The notes under the pieces are model-generated. The model made no database searches, was not told where the DNA came from, and saw only the letters and a program-made list of their open reading frames with translations. Source: Octopus vulgaris (taxonomy: Eukaryota). Taken from it: 64,000 nucleotides of DNA. Numbering within the stretch: position 1 is the stretch's first letter; every line of letters starts with the position of its first letter. The stretch is taken from the NCBI GenBank assembly GCA_951406725.2, contig OX597832.1, positions 65,286,001 to 65,350,000 on the forward strand, in the 5' to 3' direction. The position numbers and the translations under genes were made by a program. Below are positions 55,433 to 64,000 of this stretch, piece by piece.

Positions 55433-55763
55433 GGCTTAGTAAAATAAATTACTTTGCCACATACTGAACTCATTAGAAATAGTAGCTAAAAAAAACTTTT
55501 TTAAAACTATTTCTAATACTTAAAGAAAATCTCTCTCATATAGTGTTTGCTCAATTCAACTCACGAAAGTATGGGGGTAAAGACATTAAAAAATCAAGTT
55601 TTTTTAGCTACTATTTCTAATGAGTTCAGTATGTGGCAAAGTAATTTATTTTACTAAGCCCTTTTATATAATGTAATAATTTGAATTCGCCTTAAATGGT
55701 CCCTTTACATACTGAATACTTGGTGAAATTGATTAATAATTAATTAATTTTACCCTCAATTGT

Positions 55764-55765
<2 letters not shown>
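55425..55765. mobile_element. Fold-back PLE-like element, same family as 36400-36770
   Basis: 55425-55498 is an inverse of 55597-55670. Tail homologous to the reverse of 36400-36500. Bounded by (TA)n. Confidence 0.75.
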
Positions 55766-55811
<46 letters not shown>

Positions 55812-56095
55812 TGTATGCATGTATAAACATGTGTATATATCTAAATGTTCATTTATGTTCGACTGTGTCTGTGCATGCGCATTATATTTAACTGTAAATG
55901 ATATTTCAAAACACTGCTTGTTTCGAAAAGAAGATAAAAAACGGGAACGACGTTCTATACGATATATATACATAAAAAAGCGCAACTCAAGGTTAATGCT
56001 TTACGGAATTTATATATATCGTAATATTGTAGTGGTACATTGTTACTGCAAAAGAATTTGACTACAGTACGAGATGTGGTGGTGGCGATGTTCTT

Positions 56096-56155
<60 letters not shown>

Positions 56156-56159
<4 letters not shown>

Positions 56160-56560
56160 TAAATAAATGGAGTTGAACGCAGATACTACTGCGTTCAACT
56201 CCATTCATTTACTTATACTACACAAATTACTGCACATTAACCCGAAGTTTCTACCTTTGAATAGGTCGCTACATCCTTGTTACTTGCCTGAATGCTGCTA
56301 CCCTGGTAACTGTTTATTGAATTTTCCATGTTAACGGTAAACAAAGGATAATTCATTTAATGTGGTTTTAGACTCAAGTTTTGACTGCTATTTCCAACTT
56401 GGCGGTATCTCTTAGATAGCCTAAATTAAATAATTATTACCTTTGAAAAGTCTTTATTCCCATGCTGACCACATGATTAGATCGGTATTTAAGTATCGAT
56501 CTTATCCTTCCTTATTTATATTTCTAAGCAAATCCTAACTTTTTGCTGTTTTCATACGTA
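56156..56560. mobile_element. PLE-like fragment starting with a 60-bp hairpin at (TA)n
   Basis: TAAGTAAATAAATGGAGTTGAACGCAG-ATACTA-CTGCGTTCAACTCCATTCATTTACTTA. Family motif TTTTGACTGCTATTTC at about 56380. Confidence 0.55.
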
Positions 56561-56948
56561 AAATCTCTGTACGACTTCAAGCATTCTATGCATACTCACG
56601 TTTACACACGTACATACATACAATTACCAACACACACACACACACGCATACACACACATATATATATATATATATATACATGTAAAGAAAACGTATATGT
56701 ATATATCAATACAAAACTATATGTCTATGTATGTATGTATGTACGTATCTGTCTATCTATCTGTCTCTCTAACTATCTGTCTAGCTTTCTATCTAGCTAG
56801 CTACCTATCTACCTCTAGCTATCTATTTTTCTATCTACCTATGCATCCATAGTTTCATACATAATCACGTGTATTTTCATTCTTTATACAGCATACAGAT
56901 ACGACGGAAATGTGTGGCAACTAATCAATGTAAATTCCTACCTACTTT

Positions 56949-56999
<51 letters not shown>

Positions 57000-57696
57000 A
57001 CACACAAGTATACACACATCTGTGCGTACTTTAATTTGTGACAATAAACATTGTTTGAGTCGCTTCCTATCTTCATGGCATCACTGTATTTGCCACGTCG
57101 AAGTATTCGGCTATTTTAAGCTACATCAACTTTATTAAGAGATCAACGATAAATACTTGTCTTCGTACCAAATCAACTGGCAGAACAGATATCTCCTCTT
57201 GTGTGTAGAAACAATACATCTGACAATAGTCCTACCATACAGCACCTACTTTACTCTTAAATAGCGAAGCTGCTAATTAAATGGTCACAATTTCAGCATG
57301 GTGAACGTTATATAGAAGAAAAGAATCCGTATATTCAAATGAGTATATTATTATTAACTCTATTCAAGTAAGAAGGAGGGCGAAGACGCGCGTAATGACG
57401 CGTATTACGCTGGTGGCCGTGGTTGAGTTGCAGTGCGATCACCTCTGTTGCGGCGGTTGCCTAATGTGACGTTTTGTTTTAAGCGCATAAGATAATTGAT
57501 GCGAGAATAGCTTGCCCTTCTTCGAATTAATGCTGACACAATATTTGTATATAGCAAGTCATACATAAAACCATAGCTCTGTGGTTAATAAGTACGCTTT
57601 GCAACCTTTTGCTTTCCAAATCACCAAATCGGTGCTACTGCACTGCATCTTCAACAACTCAGACGACTCACTTCTGTTACAGCCTCGAACCTGGTA

Positions 57697-57739
<43 letters not shown>

Positions 57740-57812
57740 TTCTTTTTATTCTTCTTTTACTTATTTCAGTCATTTGACTGCGTCCATGCTAGCACACCGC
57801 CTTAATATATAC

Positions 57813-57871
<59 letters not shown>

Positions 57872-57921
57872 TATTTGATTTATAATTGTGTACATATATG
57901 TATACATTATAATTTTGATAT

Positions 57922-58790
57922 CAGTGGATATCAAACTGGGGTCCGCGAAGCGACGCTGAAGTGTTGTGAAAACGGGTGGTTTGAGACAGTTAAGTTACAA
58001 ATTTCAAGGCTTGCAATTTTTCGTATATTATCATCCATCTTTGTCGTTGACCTCAAAAACTCACGCCGACCCTTCACATTCATTTACTAATCACACTTGT
58101 TGTACAACAAATGTGACTGGCCGATGGGAAATATCCGAATATAACGGGTGATCGTGCTTGTGCTGTCGGTATTCTTCCATTGCATTCCACATGTTTGCGT
58201 GTCTCTCATCGTCGTTATCCTCACTGATGCATGTTCCCACATGACCTTGTCCATTGCGAGACACCTCATCCCGCACGGTGGCTGGGTGGTATAAGGCGTG
58301 ATTGCTTTTCATGGGAATATGTTCCGACAGAACTGTCTTCTCAACGGTTATCAATTCATGGAGTTTTATCTACGGACAGACTAACGCTCACATGCACTTT
58401 GGATTTCTTCCACAATTAACAGTGAGAGATAAGGTTTATTTTTAATTAGTGTGCCCAAAGCGTATATGCATACCCATAATATGATAATTTCGAAATAAAT
58501 ATACAATGTTGTTATATTAATTTGGTTTACTGAATTTTATCTTTATTCATAATACTTTCAAAAAAGAAAATGAGAAATGACGAATCTTATTTGAAATTCG
58601 GTTTTACTGTGATAAAATCTGGCGGATAAAGAAAACACTGCGTGTTTTGTGTTCCGAGGTTCTGGCGTCTACTAAACTAAACCCAGCAAGTTAAAGAGGC
58701 ACTTCGAAATGAAGCATCCCATTTCAATAGAGATGTCGACTTCTTCAGACAGATTGACGAAGTTCAGACTTGATGACAGAGGAATGTATT
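57922..58790 (+). mobile_element. hAT (Buster/Charlie-like) 5' fragment
   Basis: TIR-like CAGTGGATATCAAACTGGGGTCCGCG. Decayed BED finger SYLKFGFT..LCSEVLAS..PSKLKRHFEMKHP at about 58575-58720. Confidence 0.75.
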
Positions 58791-58864
58791 AATTATTACC
58801 TCTTTGTAGGTATTAATTTCTGTCATATAGGCTAGTATTTACAATGTATGTTTGTTGCAGAAAG

Positions 58865-58920
<56 letters not shown>

Positions 58921-58944
58921 CATTATTATTATTATTATTATTGT

Positions 58945-59644
58945 CATTTACTTTTAATCTGAATGTTTGATGCAATCACCTGCCGGGGCACACCCAGCGC
59001 CCTAGGGCAAGTGAAGGTTAAGAGTTGTTGAAATATAGCTGAAAGCTTGGGGAGGGGAAGTAGAGATTTATCTCCATGTAATGCAAACACAGACATTTAC
59101 ATTGATAGGGTTTTTCTAAGGATGTGGGCAGTACTTGTTAGCACAATCTTTTGGATTTCCTTGAGACATGGTTTTCCAGGGATATTGTCTAGGTGTTTCT
59201 GACATCCCTTTTTTATCATACCTAGGGCACCTACAATAACAGGAACAGTTTTTGTTTTAAGATTCCACATCCTCTGTATTTCGATTTCCAGGTCCTTATA
59301 TTTACTAAGTTTGTCAAATTCCTTGACAGATACATTTTTATCAGTGGGGACGCTTACTTCTATTAGTCTGCAGGTATTTTCTTCCCTGTCTTTAACAATT
59401 ATGTCTGGTCGATTAGCCTTGATCGTTCTGTCAGTGTTGACTGGAAAATCCCAGAGGATGGTGACATCTTTACCTTCAACAACTGGCTGAGGATGGTGTT
59501 CATACCAGTTAGCAGGAGTGTCGGATTTGTAGTGTTTACATATCTTCCAATGTATATACTGTCCTACCTTATCGTGGCGATTTTTGTATTCGTTTGGTGT
59601 CAGCACAGGACATCCCGAAACGAGATGGTCTATCGTTTCGTCAA

Positions 59645-59646
<2 letters not shown>
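58945..59646 (-). mobile_element. Young R4/Dong 3' fragment with an intact RLE reading frame, within (AAT)n
   Basis: Uninterrupted ETIDHLVSGC..RHDKV..WYEHHP..ILWDF..RPDIIVKD..LIEVSVP..KLSKYKDL..VPVIVGALG..ILRKTLSM* (59097-59646), then 3' UTR and (AAT)n. Confidence 0.92.
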
Positions 59647-59741
<95 letters not shown>

Positions 59742-59746
59742 GATGG

Positions 59747-59777
<31 letters not shown>

Positions 59778-59781
59778 ATTA

Positions 59782-59813
<32 letters not shown>

Positions 59814-59826
59814 GTTATTATTATTA

Positions 59827-59867
<41 letters not shown>

Positions 59868-59877
59868 TTTATTGTTA

Positions 59878-59962
<85 letters not shown>

Positions 59963-59965
<3 letters not shown>

Positions 59966-60428
59966 TATGTTTGATTTTTGCTTTACATTTGTACAAGTTG
60001 GCTCCAAGTCTCACCCAGAGACCTCAAGAAACAACAAGTTGGAAGTTCATGTTGGTGTTATGCCTGGTGTGCCTTATATTTGGTTTCGTACTTAGCGTTG
60101 TACTAGTGAATTCTAAATAACCATACGAAAATTATGTTTGTTTTAAAACTTGAGATTACATAGAAAGTATTTTGCGTAAGATATAAGCAGTTCCCATGAG
60201 CACTATATTTTGCATTTCTGCCATTTTGGGGTTTCCTGGTATCTGAGTTAGGTAGCAATCAGCCCCTTTCGCTATCATTCCCAGGAGACCTATGACTACA
60301 GGTATTGTTTTAGTCTTCAGGTTCCACATTTTGCTGATTTCTATTTCAAGATCATTATATTTGCTCAGTTTATGGTAGGTCTTGACAGATACGTTTATAT
60401 CGATTGGGACACTCATATCAATGAGGAG

Positions 60429-60430
<2 letters not shown>
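59963..60430 (-). mobile_element. Second R4/Dong 3' fragment within (AAT)n
   Basis: LLIDMSVPIDINVSVKTYHKLSKYNDLEIEISKMWNLKTKTIPVVIGLLG..ILRKILSM*, with a different 3' UTR. Confidence 0.9.
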
Positions 60431-60493
<63 letters not shown>

Positions 60494-60495
60494 CA

Positions 60496-60624
<129 letters not shown>

Positions 60625-60645
60625 GTAGTAGTAGTAGTAGTAGTA

Positions 60646-60695
<50 letters not shown>

Positions 60696-61475
60696 CGATT
60701 TAATAGCACTTATCAATTCATATTTTGGTTCTTAAGATTTATTCGCTTGTAATATATGGAGCGCTGCAAGCATTTTAATTGTATATCTTCCAAAACGTAA
60801 CATCATTATAGTTGCAACTCTGGTTTGACACCATCGGAAGTAATCATTCTGCTTCAACGCGTCCACGATCTCCTTGATATTTGATCGGCAGCTGACGACT
60901 GAATTTCGACGTTTATCTGAAAATTACTTCCATTTGCTCGTTAAAATTTCTGTCGATTGTTATTTTCTGTTGTATACGTTGTTGTTAATTACAATTGTGC
61001 ATTTGTTTTTCTTGGGGGAGGGGGTCTTGTTACCTTCACAGATTATGTTATAAGGGTTGTAAGCATGGATCTATTTATGCATGTATACTTGTATATACAC
61101 AGAGATAAACTAAGGATAGCTGCATTAATGGACACATATAAGTGCTTAAACACATAAACGATCTAAGCACGATCGTTTGAAATGTTAGTTTTCAGTCTGA
61201 AGATGTAACTTGGGTGGGCGAGAGATACCATAGAGACGCGTATTCATAAAATTTCTGAATTACGTGTCTGAGTTATATAACGCAGCCAGTTATATTATCA
61301 TTCAGCAAGTTGGGAGTTCAGCAGATCGAATAGTTTAATACTCACCATGGAACCGACAGAGAATTTACTGAACTTATGTCTCTATCTTTAGAACAATATC
61401 TACGTCTACCAATATATAAGTATATATATATATATGTGTGTGTGTGTGTGCGTGTGTGTATGTGTGTGTGTATAC

Positions 61476-61526
<51 letters not shown>

Positions 61527-61590
61527 TACACACACACACGCACACACACGCACACACACACATACACATGCACACACACACACACACACG

Positions 61591-61630
<40 letters not shown>

Positions 61631-62312
61631 ATGATGAGACATGATGGTATGAAAAGAGAAGTCGAATATGATAGCGAGCGCAGAATACAATATTAATGAT
61701 AAGGACATCATAGAATATAGACAGTAGAAATCTCCAATACAAAAGCCACTCTATTGATTTATTCCTCTGTTCTTAATCGAGTAAATTATTCTTGCTAGCA
61801 ATTAGAAGTATATATCATTATTTAAATCTAGTTCATTGTTTCCACAATTGATTTAGTAATCAAAGAGATGAAATTTCAAATCCTATCGTGTAGACATATA
61901 TGAAACAATATTATTTGAGATATACGTGGGCAAAATGGCTGCGGGGTTACAGTGTCGGTTAGAAAATTGTGCTGTACGTTTCTTAGCTTTGCGCTATGAC
62001 ATCGAATTTTGCCTACGTTAACTTTGATTTTTTAAAATCTTTCCAGTTTTAAAAATAAAATAACTAGTAAATACTGACCTTTATTACATTTCTGTTGCTC
62101 TCCGAGTCGATAACGGGTAGTGTAATGGGTTGTCTGAGACTGACCACAAGTAGACTCCGTTGTCCTGAATGGAGAGGTTTGAGCTGGAAACAGTAATGAA
62201 CGAAATATTAAAGTTGAATTTGCTTTTGGTGTTGTTCTGAAAGTTTTGCAAACATGACTAATGCATCAACATATTTTTGTATTTGGCTCTAAAACCAATG
62301 ACTATAGAATGA

Positions 62313-63365
62313 AATGCATAATTTTAGAGGTATGATGCATCTAAATATGGAGATGTTGGCTACCATGCATTGATGGTTATCTCTTGTGATAGAGAGGCTC
62401 CATCATTTTGGATTTACTAATAATGAATCATCATGTTGCTTTCGATAATATTAAATGCAAATGGACACTACTCGATACCTTTTGATATTTAGCTGGTCGA
62501 TTCAACACTCTTCCCACAGCAGTGCCACTTGATAAAATATATTGATACAGAGAAATTATCTTATTTGGTTCAGAGATTTACGAATAAATTCAAACGTCGG
62601 CATTTGAAGGAAGAAACGAGACAAAGTTTCATTCTTGAAACGTCAAATTTCATTCTCTTACAAAAGAATTGAGACTGAGAATGATCAATATATTTTGGCA
62701 GAAAGAGCAAGGAGACAGCGCATTCGTAGATTAGAAGCAGGAGTATTTTAACGGGCGATTTCAGACAAATTGGTCGAATGATGCCCTTTTCTCGATAGTC
62801 TCAAGGAAGATTGTTTTGGTAGAAACAGCGCCGTCCCACGTTTGGGAGCAGTAGTCTAATGTTTTTGAAGCAAAATGAGGATGTCTATCACTGGCGAACT
62901 TTTACTTATTACTTGTGTATCAAAAGGAACCAATTTTATAGAACGTCAATGTGTGTAGGAGCCACATTGTTGTCTTATATATGAGCGCAGTTCTCCCTTA
63001 TATTTGTATATAACATGAGATGCTTATGCCAAAACAGTTTTCTATCACATATATATACCTAATACTTCGGGAATGTCACTGTGTTTCGATCTTGCCCACG
63101 AATGCCGAAGTTAGTATTTATTCATAAACCTCTGAATCGAAGAAATTCATTTCTGTGCATTAATATATTATTAGAAGTGGAATTACCGTGGGAAGAAGGC
63201 TGGATCGACCAGCTAAATATCAAATGGTATCTAGCTGTGCCACTTTAGATTTAATATTATCAAATTCAAAATAACAGAGCCCCTCTATAACAAGATAGAA
63301 CCATTAGTTAACTTCAGCCAACATTTCCGAGATTAGATGTATCCTAACTCTAAAAAGCATGCATT
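62313..63365. repeat. Old, diverged ~1-kb inverted repeat
   Basis: 62313-62640 aligns by eye to the reverse complement of 63066-63365, for example TTTGATATTTAGCTGGTCGAT and ATCGACCAGCTAAATATCAAA. Confidence 0.75.
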
Positions 63366-64000
63366 TGATATATGTAATCTGAACTATTCTGCACTTCAAA
63401 ACTACAACAATCACTTGTAAATATTCACAAGGAATGAAATTGTTTGTTATTTAAGCTGTTATATAATTCAAAATACTATTACAACCTGGGTGAAAGAAAA
63501 GTTTCCTGTTTTAGTTGTTGATTGCAGCATCAGATACACAGTAAAACAATTTCCTTCCTTTAAAGGAATATTATTTCTTTTGCGGTCTTTTGTACGATTG
63601 GATAATGATAGAAAAGTAATAAATAGGATCATTCTCTCAACTGGAACATGTGTGTCGATTCCAAAGTATTGGACACTTAAAACAAATTAAATGATTTGTT
63701 GAAGAATAAATAGTATGGCATTGAAGAGCAAGACGACAATTTATGCAATGATGTTGATGAACAGAATTAATATAAGTTCCACGATGCTGCTTGTGAGGCG
63801 GAGGACGAAGATGGTGTTGAAAACAAACCTGAGGGTGATGAGAATGACGATGCTTATAACGATAGCAATGATTGATCTTGATCGTGACCAGGAAGCAGAA
63901 CATACAAAATACAATGCCTATTGCTGACGACGATGATGGTGATGGTGATATGGCTGTTGTTCTTGATGATAGTGGTGGTGATGATGATGATGATGATGAT

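Noticed and set aside
59097-60014. 305-aa ORF as a poly-Asn nuclease gene
   Set aside because: It is an (AAT)n tract running in frame into a 5'-truncated Dong fragment; the start lies in another element's UTR.

Overview
AT-rich, microsatellite-saturated eukaryotic DNA. The SINE repertoire suggests a coleoid cephalopod, probably Octopus (inference from recognition, not a search). I can support no host protein-coding exon: almost all listed ORFs are translated (TA)n/(CA)n/(TATG)n/(AAT)n repeats or transposon debris. Recognisable elements are several tRNA-derived SINE families, R4/Dong-type and HERO-type RLE LINE fragments, a CR1 3' end, a complete decayed Chapaev3 transposon with a TTA TSD, non-autonomous Helitrons and a HINE, mariner/Tc1/pogo MITEs, a hAT (Buster/Charlie) fragment and a Penelope-like (PLE) RT fragment. 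The main unexplained signal is a dense set of short elements, mostly in or beside (TA)n tracts and often folded back as inverted or tandem repeats, that carry type I hammerhead ribozyme (HHR) motifs. I count about 11 motifs in 64 kb, from several unrelated sequence families. They include perfect canonical folds, long stem II insertions, palindromic stem III loops and apparent compensatory core variants (U3-A8 and G3-C8 in place of C3-G8). Two of these elements sit in palindromes that also mirror flanking microsatellite DNA. All folds and coordinates were read by eye; element ends are approximate unless a TSD or terminus is quoted.
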